DNA from: Octopus sinensis
Lineage: Eukaryota
Assembly: GCF_006345805.1 (NCBI RefSeq)
Contig: NC_042997.1
Span: 205,902,001-205,966,000, forward strand
Reading direction: 5' to 3'
Length of the DNA: 64,000 nucleotides
This document shows, one piece after another, positions 24,511 to 38,125 of this stretch. Position 1 is the stretch's first letter. Every line of letters starts with the position of its first letter. The translations under genes and the position numbers were made by a program. Under the pieces are notes generated by a model that saw nothing but the letters and a program-made list of their open reading frames with translations, was not told the DNA's origin and made no database searches.

Positions 24511-24738
24511 ACTTGTATATTTATGACTAATTTTACTTGTGATCATTCATTTTGAATAGAATTTAGTTGTTAAGAAATTGGTTATATACAGTACACAAAA
24601 TATCTTAACAATTTTTATATAATTCCTAATAATCTATGCTATAATTGAGAAAGCTGCTTATTAATTAGGTATGTAATAATTACTAAAAGTACTAAAAGAC
24701 ACAAATGAAATTTTAATGTTGAAGAAAAACTGGTAGTT

Positions 24739-24904
24739 CTTAAATACAGAGGTCCCTTAATGTTACTCTTTAAATACAGGTGTTACTTACAAAACATGTA
24801 TGCTGTGTGGACATGTAATGACACCGTAGCCCTAACCCTAACCCTAAAAACTAACCCTCCCCTTCATATCATTACATAGATGCATTGGGACCTCTGTATT
24901 TAAG
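24739..24904. mobile_element. 166-bp MITE-like element with perfect 18-bp inverted repeats enclosing (CCCTAA)n
   Basis: cttaaatacagaggtccc (24739-24756) is the exact reverse complement of gggacctctgtatttaag (24887-24904). Internal ccctaaccctaaccctaa. Confidence 0.65.
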
Positions 24905-26129
24905 TGGGACTTCAGGATTTAAGTAGTGCTCTGAAACTAACAGTTTTTGTGTGCTCTTGAATAGCTTACAACATCTTCTACACTGCAATTGTTTGTGTTT
25001 CAGCAAATGATCTCAGGTCAAGTCATTTGCTGTGCAAGCAAATCTCCATAATTTTTTAAAATTACTATGGATAAATGCCAGCAATGACCTTCTCAGGCTC
25101 TCCAATATTTTAAATTCTAAACAGAAACAATCAGGGGCAGGGAGTGGGGTTGCCAAAAATTCATAATTTCTCAGATTTTCTCTTTTATGGCATATAAATG
25201 TATTTATGGGGGAAAAATATCGAAAAGCATCAATACACATGAGAGGGATAAAGAAACGAGGAGGGTTGTCTTTGGATGTGCTAGAAACAACAGCCAAATT
25301 GCCCTTAAATCACTGACTTTTCCCTTTTTTTCCTTTATTTTGTTACTGAAAATACTCTTCCAATGGTTTTGAAGTGGCAAAAAAACATTGGCCAAAACAG
25401 TCTGGTGTGGGATGATGAGGGAGGGGGTGTAAAAAAAAAAGAATTTCCAAAACATTTTCATACAAAGATACCCCTCCCCCAACCCCATCATTTCGAAGGC
25501 TGTGGCTTAAAAAAATGGGGAAAATCCCTGAAAAAATTTCCCCCACAAATTTCTTTATAATCATAATCTATGCCGTTCGAAAGGGATTTGTATGAATTTT
25601 CATTAAAAGATACATATCTCTGTGAACATTATGAGGGAAAAAAGTCAGATTGTATGAATTTTCTGAAACTCCTCTTTCCACCCCCTCGGAAAAATTGTTT
25701 CCCATAAATCCCTGAAGCCACAACATCTAAGCGGTATTTGTAGAAAATTTTGTTAAAACGTATCCATTTTTCTGAATGTCATGAGGCAACAAAGTTGGGG
25801 GCATATACATCTGTAATAATGCTTTTTTATATTTATTCAATTTTTTCATTTCATATTCATTTCATTCATTGTTTGCAATGTTTTCTCTCTCATTCTCTCT
25901 GACACACACACTGCAAGGCTTACAGAAGGGCTGCTGAATTGAAATCTCTATGTTGCTTTGAGGGGAAGGGAAGGTAAAACTTGATAAACTGCTTCTCCTT
26001 CTGTTGTTGGACTACTGTGATGTTTGTTTAAAAAGGAGAGATTATGACTGTGATAAAATAATGAAAGCAATATGTGCTAAGCAAGTGAGCACTATTATAC
26101 AAAGAAATAATTAGACGTAAAATATAATC

Positions 26130-26480
26130 ACCATCATCATCATCATCGTTTAACATCCGCTTTCCATGCTAGCATGGGTTGGACGGTTCAACTGGGGTCT
26201 GGGAAGCCCGAAGGCTACACCAGGCCAGTCAGATCTGGCAGTGTTTCTACAGCTGGATGCCCTTCCTAACACCAACCACTCCGTGAGTGTAGTGGGTGCT
26301 TTTTATGTGCCACCGACACAGGTGCCAGACAAGGCTGGCGAATAGCCACACTCGGATGGTGCTTTTTACGTGCCACCGACACGGAGGCCAGGCGAGGCTG
26401 GCATGGCCATGATCGGATGGTGTTTGTTACGTGCCACCAGCACATAGGCCAGTCGATGCGGTGCTGGCTACGGCCACGTT
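26130..26480 (-). mobile_element. SINE family B with internal ~60-bp tandem units
   Basis: RTE-type tail plus three ggtgctttttacgtgccacc(g/a)gcac units. Confidence 0.8.
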
Positions 26481-26649
26481 CAGATAATTATCAGAATTGG
26501 GAATCAAATGTGAACATATTATCAAGGGGCGAGCAGAAAACCACGCGGAGGGTGGTCTTTCTGCTAATATTTAATCATAAAAATACAATAGGAGTTTTTA
26601 AACATCAAATGGGTATGGTGGTGGTGGTGGTGGGTCCACAGAAGTGAAA

Positions 26650-26853
26650 TAGGAATCAAAGTGCAGCCATGGTAGTAGGCCAGAAATTGGTCAATATCCA
26701 TGAAGGACAGGCCATCAGGGTCAAACCCAGCAACCTCACAGTGGATACTTTGCGAGATGAATGTTTTTCTTTGTATTTGATCACCCTACAGGACAAAAAC
26801 CGGGCAAAAGGTGGAGGGTTTCAGTTTGAATCAATGACCATCCAGACAGTATT

Positions 26854-26903
<50 letters not shown>

Positions 26904-28290
26904 GCTGCTGAAGACAGCCTTGTTATTGTCATATCGTTGTACACTGTGCTACTGGTCCATGATAGTAGCCGTAATGATAATGTGTACCTGCCGAGACCAG
27001 AGAAGATAGAGAGGTCCCCTTTATTGGGTTAGGTCTACGACAACGGGAAGTAGGTCTCTTTTGCCTTAGAGATGGTTGCTTTTGGTTGAAACACCACAGT
27101 CCTCTTTATGAGTGAAATGCCAAATAAAAATTATCATCACAACACTGAATCCCCAAGGAAAAGCCTTTTGCGACCTGCTGTACATCCAGGTGGGCTTGGT
27201 CGTTTATTCGAATACTTCTGCAAAGTAGAGAAGAAGATGATCTCAGAATGACAAAAGGGCCATAATGGAATGTTATGGCAGAAGTGAGTCTACCAAACTA
27301 GGATACAGGATATGGAGGCATGAAATATGGATAGAGAAACATATGTTCCCTCTCTCTGAATATTGTTCTGTGAAATCCTTTGTAAATTAAAGTCTCCGTC
27401 TAACTTATGCTAACATGAAAAAGTGGGGGGATGGATGGAAGCTGCAGTCTGGGATCAAGAAAAAAAAAGACCAAGATTAGAGTCATGGCATCTGGAATGT
27501 CATCTGGCATTCACTGGCAATCAAGTATTGTGGTCATGGAAGTTCTATGTTAGCAATATATAGAAATCTATTGGCAGGAAAGAGCAATGACATTCTCAGG
27601 AAAACATTAGGCGTTGACCAGTATGAAGCATCTGGTCTGCTTTGGAGGACATTCAGGCCAGGAATTAGCACAGGTAGTTTCCAGAAATTCTTGGTCTGGC
27701 TATCGAGGAGCAGCGCTGGCATAAACTCTATGGATGGGACTGGCTGAGATGCCCTCGTACAGTGTCCAAGCATTTCTGATCTGCAGAGTCATGTTGAACA
27801 GCTGTTGGCACATGTAGGAAGGATCTGGCTATGAGTTGAGTCTGTTTTGAGGATTACCCCATCACTGACCTTTAAGAAAGCAGGTCAGATGATGTTTCTC
27901 TCCCGAGAGAAAGGGCTTGTGTGGTGGACGAGGCCGAAAAAAATTAAGGAAAGACACCTTCCACTTAAGTTAAACCCAGATCCCTTTTTTTTTTAAAGTT
28001 CCATTTGGAAAAGAAATTGAGGGTGGAGAGGGAAGGTGGCTGACTGGTAAGAATGATTAGGGTGAATGAAGCTCCTTTAGGCATGCACCTGGTGAGTGGA
28101 GGGCAGCAGTGGGGTGAGGACTCGTGCCCTTCATGGTCAGGGTGATCCTGGATCTGTGGGGTTCATTGACTGGTGCTTTCTTTCCCTTCATCCGTTATAT
28201 GACCCCCCCCCACAGATTGCAAAATGTCTGAGTAATGCCCCTCACTGACGCCCCTGTGGCAAATAAAAGAAATCATCATCATCATCATAA
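26650..28290 (+). mobile_element. Tx1/L1-like element 3' region, highly decayed
   Basis: Ends ctgtggcaaataaaagaaatc(atc)n, matching the minus-strand end at ~44790. A GLVWWT-type C-terminal block lies near 27900. Confidence 0.55.
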
Positions 28291-28451
28291 TTATTGCATT
28301 CTATATTAATCAGCAGGGATTTTGCCTTGATGTTTGATGGCAACAGGTCACCTCAAATCCGAAGAATCTTTCTCTATCTACATAATGGTCTACTAGTTAT
28401 AAAGCTTTTCATTGAGTACTGCCTCCTCCAAGTAATGCCTTTTGGTGATAA

Positions 28452-28491
<40 letters not shown>

Positions 28492-28888
28492 TCCTATGAT
28501 GTCCACAGTTTCTGTCTTCTAAATATCAGTCACAAGGCTCTGGTCATCTTCAGGCTGTGGTAGAAGATACTTGCTCAAGGTGCTGTTGGACAGTGGGATT
28601 GAACTAAAACCAATTAATTGTACAGGGAACCTCATAATCCTCTCGGCTATCAAGCAAAGAAAGGGGCCTCTAAGTGATGACTTGATCTGCTAGAAAAGGC
28701 AGTTAAATCTTCTTCATGTACCACCTAACATCTTAAAGAAGGAAGGACACTTGGGGGTATTTATGGTCGGAATGTCTCTGACCTGGTTAGACACTTCAAC
28801 GCCAATACAACCATGCCTTCCACTCTTAAATAATTACTTTATATTCTCAATTATATTTTGAAATTTCTTCTGCTATTTTGATTTTCAG

Positions 28889-29062
28889 ATGCAGAAAATC
28901 TAGTCTGGCAAGAAGATGCAATGATTGTGTCAAATGGCCCCAAAGACATGTCTGAAGAAATGTTAATTGCTTTTTTGGAAGAGAACGGGAAATTAGAAAT
29001 TCTACATGTCTTCCCTGGAAGAAAACCTGGAACTTTTCTTGTGTATTGCGAAAATGAAATTG
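28889..29062 (+). CDS. PARP14: PARP14-like coding exon 2 (RRM-like domain 1)
   Basis: ttttcAG acceptor, G|GTAAGT donor, 174 nt (phase 1-1). (D)AENLVWQEDAMIVSNGPKDMSEEMLIAFLEENGKLEILHVFPGRKPGTFLVYCENEI. Confidence 0.8.
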
Positions 29063-29359
29063 GTAAGTTTCTTCAAGTTTGATTTGTTCTGAAAAAGATT
29101 TCTTGAATTTTGTTTTGTTAATAGGATTGGTATATCTTTTGTGTTTTAAACGTTTTAGTCTAATGACTCAGGCCATGCTGGGGCACCACCTTGAAGATCT
29201 TTTTGCGTCAAAAGAATCGACCCCAGTGCTTCTCACTTTTGTAAGCGTGGTAACATTTAATCACCCCATTTTGCTGATCTGCTAAGTTACAGGAACATAA
29301 ACATACTGAGACCAGTCATCAAATAGTGGCGGATAACAAACAGTCACACACACACACAT

Positions 29360-29520
29360 ACTGGGCTTCTTTCAGTTTCCATCTACCAAATTCACTCACA
29401 ACGCCTCGGCCGAACTGAGGCTACAGTAGAAGATTCTCACCCAAGGTGCCACACAGTGGGACTGAACCCAGAATCCTGTGGTTGGGAAGCAAACTTGTTA
29501 GCACACAGCCTTGTCTGCAC
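29360..29520 (-). mobile_element. tRNA-headed SINE family C (preceded by a family D copy from ~29140)
   Basis: Reverse complement ggctgtgtgctaacaag...gggttcagtcccactgtgtggcaccttggg...gatggaaactgaaagaagccc has A/B-box-like pol III motifs. Other copies at ~28500, ~33830, ~54000, ~62050. Confidence 0.75.
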
Positions 29521-29999
29521 CTGTTTATATCTTTTATTTCTTCCCAGATTTTGCCTTTTGGTTTCTCACATTTATCAGGAAAGGAAGAAATTTGTCAGGA
29601 ATGATGGTTATCAGGCAGGAAATCAGAAATATTAGAGATGATGTTTTATCAGTGAAACTGATTCCAGTATTTGACCATTCCTTCAGTTTCTAAACATTGG
29701 AAAGAGGGAAAGTAAATGGAATATTTTACCATCTTTGTTTGATTGATAGAGGGAACTTGTTACAAATGTAATTTCTATCTAAAACGAAAAGAAAACTGAG
29801 TCTTTACCATGTAAATGCATATTACAGAATAATAAAACAAATATATAGTTCAATTCTAAAACAAAATCTATGTTGTGTGTCTTGGGAGGGTCATTGTGCC
29901 AATGATAAACACATGCACAGGTCTGCCTGTCTTTTACTTTTAATTATAGTTTCAATATAAAACGAATATGTTGAGTAATGATACTCTCATAATATTGAA

Positions 30000-32203
30000 C
30001 ACATCAAACTAAAATTTTCAAATCAATAAAATTCTACAAAGGACTTTCCACACAGGATTATATATTCGGTTGATGTAATTTTTTCTTTTATTCATGAAAG
30101 TAGTTTCGCTCTACAAATGGATCATCGCCCACTACTCTCAATATATGGTTCTAAAAAAGGAATATCAACACACTCAGTGAATAGATAACAGCAGTGGGGC
30201 ATTTCATAATTGAAGTATGACTACAAAATGGAATATTTACCATGAAAAAACTAGGGAATGTGGATGGTTTGTCTAGAAGGACACTGAAACACTGTGAGCC
30301 ATTTAACAGCAGAAGAAGAAATAAAAAATGTATTGTGGGATTGTTAAGTGAATTACTGGTGACACTAGAAGACATAAAATGAAATGTGGAAATTCATAAC
30401 AGAAATGAAAATAATACTGTAGACAGGAGAGTAAATAGGAACAAGATTGGTGTGAAACAAAAGCAAGATGTAAACCTATACTCAATTTGTGATGGTGTAT
30501 AAATTGTATGCCCAGAGAGTAGTAATACGGGAAGCATTGCAAAAGAAAATGTTGAGGGAATTCCATGTTGGACATCCTGGTATTTCAAGGATGAAAACTT
30601 TAATGTATAGCTACGTGTACTGGCCAAAAATGGATAGAGTGTTATGGCGAGAATCATGACACCCCCTGTGAGAATGGACTGGTCAAACTCATATAAGTAG
30701 CAGCGTGTTTGACTGAGAGCAAGAGATGAGAAATTGCAGGAAGTTGAAAGGTGTCGTTCGTGAGTTCATGGAGTTGCAGGAAATTGTTGAGAAGTTGTTA
30801 TAGTTCGTTGAGAGTTGTTTTGGATTGGTTACAGTTGTTGGCAGAGTATTTGGGAATACATCATGTGGAGACAGTTGATGTCAACTGCACTACGTGTATC
30901 ACACTGTTATCAGTGCATGACACCAAGGTGTCATGTACAGAAACCATGCTACAAAATAGAGAAATTGAAAATTTAGTGTAAGGTTGCAGAGGATGTGCCC
31001 TAGCAGCAAAATTACCGACAATAAAAAGTGAACCTTGGCCAAAAGTAGATGTCCCCTGGTCAAGATTACACATTGATTTCGTTGGTCCCTGAAACGGTTC
31101 ACACTACTTAGTGGTAGTAAATAGTTTCTGTAAATGGTCCGAAATTTGTAAGTGTAAAAACCCAACCTCCTCAACTACAACAAACTTTCTACATGAGCTG
31201 TTTGCGAGATTTGGCATTCCAGACACAACAGTGTCTGACAATGGAATGCAATTCATGTCTTGAATTTAAAAGTTTTGTAAAATGTTCCCCGTAGAACATG
31301 TAACTACTGTGCCATACCATCCCAGATTTAATAGATAAGCAGAATTTGATACATTCAAAAGAGGCCTAAGGAAGTTGAATAAGGAAGTCAAGGATGAGAT
31401 AGTTTTACAACAATTCTTAAGAGTATACCATGTGACATCAGATCCAAACACACCAGCAGGTATGTCAGCAGTGGAGCTGATGTTTGTGAGGAAAATCAAA
31501 TCAGTCTTTGACAAATTACTATCTGGCAAGAAATGGAAAATTGCAATGGAAAATACAGCAAAACATTTAACAAAATTGGTGAAGATGTATTTGTTAGGGC
31601 ATATAAGATCAGAAAACAAAGTTGGGAAGATGGCTTGATTACCAAACGCATTGGAACAATGCTATACTTGCTCTAAAAGGAAGGAAAATGGTATACAAGA
31701 GACATGTGAATCAACTAAAAAAAAAGATTCGTTGAGAATGAACCCAAGAGAATGGAAGAACCAATAGAATGGTTCTATGATACTTTTCAAGTACCAATGC
31801 CACTACAAACAATTGAACCAAGATGCACAAGTATAAGGAAAAGAAAATATAGGGAGTTCCTGAAAGTGAATGCCAAATGCAAAAGAATTATAAATATGTA
31901 ACTGTATGAAAAAAACTCAAAAAAGGTAGGTAGAGTGATGTAAAAATGATTGTTAATAAAAAGAAATAAAATTACATTCCCTAAGAAAGAAAAAGAAAAC
32001 TTAAAAGGGGAGATGTTATGAGGACAATGGCAATAATGGAACACCCTTCCCACGTGATGAGTGGTATGTGCTAATCATTACAAATACTGTGACATCAAGC
32101 AGTTGGAATAGTCAGTCATAGATAGGCCTGTCTTTACTTGTCCAACTAACTATACAACTGTACCGGAGTGGATGTTATAACAGTCTAACATTGGTTTACA
32201 ACA
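30000..32203 (+). mobile_element. Degraded Gypsy (Mag-like) element: RNase H tail, integrase, PPT, probable 3' LTR
   Basis: QMDHRPLLSIYGSKKGI; FHVGHPGISRMKTLMYSYVYWPKMDR|EIENLV..CRGCA..WSRLHIDFVGP..FARFGIPDTTVSDNG; PPT aaaaggggaga 32003-32013 then TGTTATG at 32014. Confidence 0.85.
30640..30955. mobile_element. Probable solo LTR (316 bp) inserted in the Gypsy integrase
   Basis: Splits the integrase between MDR and EIEN. atagag is duplicated at 30634-30639 and 30956-30961. Begins TGTTATGG, and the right end (ccatgctacaaa) is an imperfect CA terminus. Confidence 0.6.
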
Positions 32204-32469
32204 TTTATTCAGATTGTTTTGAATTAATAATGTATTATCTCATAGCTTTGAGATTTTGATGAGCTAAATGTTAATTTTCAGAATGATGTTGTAGGGTTGG
32301 TGTGAGAGGCCAGATATGGTTTGCTTAAATGTTCAAGGATTAAACATTTCTTAATATTTTCTGGATTCTTTATATTATCAATAAGTTCATAGAAAAAAAA
32401 AAGCGAGAGCAGCAAGTATATTTAACACACTGCTTCTTGCTTTGATAACTTTCAATAAATATCGGGATT

Positions 32470-32690
32470 GAAGAAAGTGGCCAGATGGTCGAATTGTTAG
32501 CATGATGGACAAAATGCTTAGCTGCATTTCATCTGTCTTCATGCTCTGTGTTCAAATTCTGCTGAGAATAACTTTGCCTTTCGTCCTTTCATGGTTCAAG
32601 AAATAAGTACCAGTTGAATACTGGGGTCAATGCAATCAACTAACCCTTCCCTCCAAATTGCTGGCCTTGTGTCACAATTTGAAATCAAGA
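32470..32690 (+). mobile_element. SINE family A, CpG-depleted copy
   Basis: Same head and core as 2601-2800. Its 3' part (32601-32688) aligns with the 115-bp satellite unit. Confidence 0.75.
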
Positions 32691-32739
32691 GACATTTAGG
32701 GATGTGCTGTGCTTGAGAGGATCCGTCAAGCCAAGTGCA

Positions 32740-33065
32740 CCTGAGCTGGTGGCACCTAAAGAGCATCCTTTGAATGTTGGGCCTCACGGAGGCAAAGTGG
32801 CTGAGTCGTTTTCGAGTGTTAGGCCTCATAGAGGCAATGACCAAGGCTTTTGGTATTATGTCATGTTTGGGAAGATACATAAAGGCATGTTAAGGGACCC
32901 ATTACACTCTCGGAGTGGTTGGCGTTAGGAAGGGTATTCAGCCATAGACAACCATACCAAATCAGACTGGAGTGAGTCTGATGCAGCCTTCCAGCATGCC
33001 AGCCCAGTCAAACCGTCCAACCCATGCCAGCATGGACAACAGAACTTAAATATCCAATGATGATA
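32740..33065 (+). mobile_element. SINE family B / RTE 3' tail
   Basis: cactctcggagtggttggcgttaggaagggtattcagcc...ccaacccatgccagcatggacaac. Confidence 0.75.
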
Positions 33066-34151
33066 TATCTTTAGAAATGGTTGGGTAGTTATATGTATTT
33101 TTAGTGAAATAGTTTTTTTTTTTTGTTTTTTTTGTCTAAATAACTTCATCTCTAACTTGTCTCTGATATTGTCATGTCTTTAACCAAAGTACAATATTCT
33201 AGAATACAAGAATGAGCCCAGACGAGAAATGTTGAAATTCCCATCTCTACCTTAAAATACACACTTTTAAGGATCTGAAGACCTTTACACAGTTGCTCAG
33301 GCTGATAGAAATAGCAGGAAAGTATCCCTCCCATTACACCCTGCCTTCTTCAAAACAGAAGCTACCGTTCTAGATATTGGAATGGTCATGGCTGGATTGT
33401 CTTTCATCATAAATCTGCTCAATCAAATTTTGTTTCTTATGTTTTACACTTTATTTATCCCTAAATAGAAATACCTTTTACATTTAAGGATGAGTAAACA
33501 TTTACTAAAGGACACATCATCATCATCACCATCATAATGATCAGCATCACTGTTTTAACGTCTGCTTTTCCATGCTTGCATGGGTTGGACAAAATTTTAA
33601 CGTCTGCTTTTCCATGCTTGCATGGGTTGGACAAAATTTGATGATGAGTTGGATTTTCTGCAGCTGGATGCCCTTCATGTTGCCAACCTTCACCTATTTC
33701 CAAGTAAGGTAATGTTTCCCCATGACCAGACATGTTTTAAGGAAGATTGGAAATGAAGGACACTGCTTGTATGACAGGGACACTCGTTTACAACAAGCAA
33801 GGAGACAGTAACATACAGACAGACAGATGGCTTCTTTCAGTCTTCGTCTACCAAATCCACTCATAAGGCTTTGGTTAACCCAAGGCTATAGTAGAATACA
33901 TTTGTTCCAAGTGCTATACAGTGGGACTGAACCCAGAACCATATGGCTGGGAAGCAACCATCTTACCACACAGCCACACCTGTGCCTATATGGAGTTGTT
34001 AAATAATTGGAACTGCATTTTAATGCTAAAATCTCCAAATTTGAAGAATTCTCAAAATCATTTAAAAGTAAAATGTGTTAAAACATCAGTAAATTGACTT
34101 CAATTTGATTCTTTTACCAAAATGTATTTCCATTCACTGTATTTATTGCAG

Positions 34152-34385
34152 ATTTTGAGGATGTTCAGAGGATGTGCCAAAACAACCCCTTAAAAGGAAA
34201 TCAACTGAAAGTGGATAGAATTAAGGAAATAAACAGTGTTCAAGTGAAAAACGTTTCTTCAAATGTCAGCTCTGACAGTCTTCGAAGATATTTTGGAAAC
34301 AGTAAAAGAAGTTCTGGTGGAGATATTTCTTCAGTTCTACAACAAACCTCTGATACTTATATTATAAGTTTTAAAGAGGCGTGTG
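34152..34385 (+). CDS. PARP14: PARP14-like coding exon 3 (RRM-like domain 2)
   Basis: ttgcAG acceptor, G|GTAAGT donor, 234 nt (phase 1-1). SVQVKNVSSNVSSDSLRRYFGNSKRSSGGDISSV matches the LYFEN.RRSGGG.V signature of PARP14/PARP10/NMI-type RRMs. Confidence 0.9.
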
Positions 34386-35429
34386 GTAAGTAATTTTTCT
34401 CTCCTCTCTTTGTCTAGTCTACCTATCAGAGTCAGTTATTAGCATTGTTTTAATTCAGGTTTTGTTGGAACTCCTGGAGGCTTGCTATCCACAGCCTACG
34501 GTACCATGCTATCTCTTCTGTTCAGCCATGTAATATTTTCTTGATGATAATGGCTGTGACAAGGAGGCAGACATTTGGTAACAGCTCTACTCGGCGCTCT
34601 GTCCTCATTTCCTCTTAATATCTTCTGATACTGTCCCCAGGGCCCCAATAATAATTAGTACTATCTCCATCTTTCACTGTCAAGCACATTTAAGAGGATT
34701 GTCTACTTGTTCATCTAACTAATTGTGGGTCAAATGCATATGCAACATCAGTTATAGAGCACATGTGGTTCACCTTGTCCACAACGACCAGGTCTGGCTT
34801 GTTGTACTCAAGCGCTTGGCCCATTCTGCATTGAAAAATCCCACAAGATTTTACAGGTCTCTGACTCTGTGATACTCTGTGGTTTCTGTTTGTACCATGT
34901 TTTGCTTCTCTCTAACCCAAACTTTCCTCAGTTTCCAATGCAGCACTTTTGTAACCTCATCATGTCACCACAACTCATATTGGTTAGGGGCAAGTTGAGA
35001 GCATTCATTCACAGTAAGGGCAATGGCTTCATCAAATTATTATTATTATTATCATTATTATTGTTGTTGTTGTTGAGTGAGAGAGCAGTGCATGCCATCA
35101 AAGTGACACTGGGGTATGAATATATGAAGCCCAGTATACCCATCATGACTACCCATCTGATAAGGGTACACCAGGCTCATGCATCACAACTTGTATTGGT
35201 TAGGAGCAAGTTGAGAGGACATCCTCAACCAACAACACCACACACAACAACAACAGCAGGAGTTGCAGCAGCAGCAGCAAATACAAAGTAAATCCAGCAA
35301 CATTACAAAGTAGAAAGCAATTCACTCAAAAATGCATTGAGGTTGGGGTGGGGATACACCTGCTCCCCCCCCTCCAAACAAAACCAAGTAAGTTTTTTTT
35401 TTTCATTTCCAATATTTTCCCAACAATTC

Positions 35430-35930
35430 CTGCACCAGTTCTACATAGCCCCTGCCCATTCAAAGTACCTTGGATTCCAGAACATCCCGCTGTGCTTGAG
35501 GAGACCTACTGAGTCAAGTACATGAACATCGAATAAATATCAATGGAAATAGTAGTTGTGATACCTGTGCTGGTGGCACATAAAAAGCACCATCCGAATG
35601 TGGCCAATGCCAGCACCGCCTCGACTGGCTTCTGTGCCAGTGGCACATAAAAAGCACCGTCCGAACGTGACCGATGCCAGCGCTGCCTTGGCTGGCTCCC
35701 GTGCCGGTGGCACATTAAAAACACCAACCGATCGTGGCCGATGCCAGACTCCCCTGGCACGTAAAAAGCACCCACTACACTCGCGGAGTGGTTGGCATTA
35801 TTAGGAAGGGCATTCAGCTGTAGAAACACTGCCAGATCAGACTGGAGCCTGGTGCATCCACTGGCTTCCCAGACCCCGGTCGAACCGTCCAACCTGTGCT
35901 AGCGTGGAAAACGGACGTTAAATGATGATG
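35430..35930 (+). mobile_element. SINE family B, long copy with four internal tandem units
   Basis: gtaccttggat...gcttgaggagacctactgagtcaagt head region, repeated aaaaagcacc..cgaa.gtggcc.atgccag units, RTE-type tail. Confidence 0.8.
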
Positions 35931-38125
35931 AATATTGTCATGTTCAGAATAGTCACTGTGAGTGCATGTGACTTGGGGTCACCACGGAAGCAGGGTCACC
36001 TGCTCAACAACCTCAGGGCACTGAATGTTGATGTGGTGACCATTAATGAAACCAGAATATCTGAATCATAAGACTTTCAACTCATTCACGATGACTATGA
36101 GGTGTATGCATCTCCAATTCATCTGGAAGCAAGGAGTGGAGTGGCTGTGTTGCTTTGAAAAAATCTGGATCTTGTGATACGGACCGTTTTCCTGGACCTG
36201 GAAGATAAGTCAGTGGTGCTGGATAAGATCAGCAATGAAGGACATACTGTCAGGCTTGTTGCCCGACAGGGGTGGGATGACCAGATTTCTTCAGGCATCT
36301 AGAAACTTTCCTGGAAACATCCCACTCTTTAGTGTTAGTGGGAGATTGGAATGGGATTTTAAATGTACAGTGGGACTGTGTGGGTTTAGCAGATAGGAGG
36401 GTGAAACAGCCTCACAAATCTGCTCAAATAATTTCAAATATCTGACTGGTATCAAGTGAATTTCACTGATGTGCCAGTATGGCATTGGGTCTTCCAGATC
36501 GTATCTAGATAGGGTAGAGAAGGAGATAGGGATAGTATAGGTTATCGACAATATTAAAGTAGTTGACTACACAGACCACAAATTCGGGATCTGTACAGTT
36601 GACTTCACAGACAGGGTCTCAGGTACTGGAAGCTGAACACTTCATTGCTGATGTGCAGAGATTTCAGAGTGCGGATTAGCGAATTAATTAAGTGGGTATT
36701 GCAAGGGTCAATTGCCAGCAATAAATAGTTGTTCACCCTGAAAAGGGCAGTTAGTGTAGAATTGATAACGTTTAGCAAAGGATTAGCAGTAGAAAGAAAA
36801 TGAGTAGAAGCAGAGCTAGTAAAGTTAGACAAGGCTTTTAGAAAAAACATTATGACCGATGTGCTTGTAGTGAGAGTGGCGCTCAACCAATTCTACAATG
36901 CGAAACACAATTGTTGCATTGTCAGAGCTGAGGCCTATGATCTTGGACATGGAGGGACAAAAGCCATTCATTAGGCGTGAGTGGCAGAGGCATGGCATGG
37001 TAATAAATCCACAATCCGATCTTTAGCAGACCATGATAGGCAAATGATAATTGATCTGAAACAGACGTGTACGGCTTTTCAAGTGTGCTTTACTTAATTG
37101 TGCAGGAGTAGCAGTGAGCTGGGTCATGGGAAGGACTTCACTTTCTATCTCAATGGACTGCTGTGGCTCTCAGCGACAAAGGCAGAGCATTGCAAAAGGC
37201 CAATAAGTGCTTTTGAAATTCAAGAAGCAATAGCTAGCTGCACAAGAGGTAAAATTGCCTCATTTGAATGGTCTGCCCTACGAGATTTATGCTTACATGC
37301 CAACTTGTTCAGCAATCTGACCAAGGGGGATTGTATTGATAACTTTGGGCCCATAACTCTACTGAATGCAGAGTTCAAAATTGTGGCAAAGATATTAGCT
37401 ATGAGGTTGGTGCTTGTCATTGGTGATCTGGTAGGGGAGGCGTAGACATGCGCCATCCTGGAATGATCCATCCATGACACCTCCACTTTATGCGATACAT
37501 CACAGAGTAAGTGGGTAAAGAGTCTAGGTGAAGTCCTGGTCAGTTTAGAACAATCTATAGGAGCTGGTTTCAGGTCTGTATTCAAGGATCACTGCAATGC
37601 ACAGTGATATATGTTCAGTAGTCAGAGTGAGTGGTTACCTCTTAGAAACATTCAACATCATGTTCTTGGTCCACCAAAGTTGCCCTTCTCCTCCCCATTC
37701 TATATACTGACTCTCAAGTCACTTCTACATGAGCTAGAGATGTTGAGGGACATCCCACTTAACCTAGGATGTAGCAGATACATGTCAGCTCGTACTGACA
37801 ATCTCAAGGTAGTGGTGACAAAAAATAAACACATTGAGATAACTGGCTCCACTCTCAGGGACTACGAGACGAGGTAGTATCGGGAACAAAAATTAACCAG
37901 AACAAGTCAGTGGGCTTGCAACTTGGCACCTGAAGAACCACGTTAATGCTGTACAGCTGCATCATTGAGTACTGGCTGGATGGACTAGTTAAATTGCTCA
38001 GAGTCTTGTTTGGACTGGACATCCAAATAGACCAAAACTAGCATAAGGTAACAAAAAGGGCGACTACTCTCATGTGGAAGTGAGCCAAGGGGAAGCTATT
38101 CCTGAAAGGTTGGGCAGAGTTGACG
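35930..38125 (+). mobile_element. Degraded Tx1/L1-like ORF2 (APE plus RT)
   Basis: IVTVSACDLGSPRKQGHLLNNLRALNVDVVTINETR endonuclease start and NFGPITLLNAEFKIVAKILAMRL RT block. Same family as 3960-6190. Confidence 0.8.

Noticed and set aside
14414-24860. (CCCTAA)n tracts as a true telomere or chromosome end
   Set aside because: Only 3-5 imperfect units, embedded in mobile-element sequence.
29360-29520. tRNA gene
   Set aside because: A/B-box-like head only. It continues into a multicopy SINE body and no full cloverleaf is evident.
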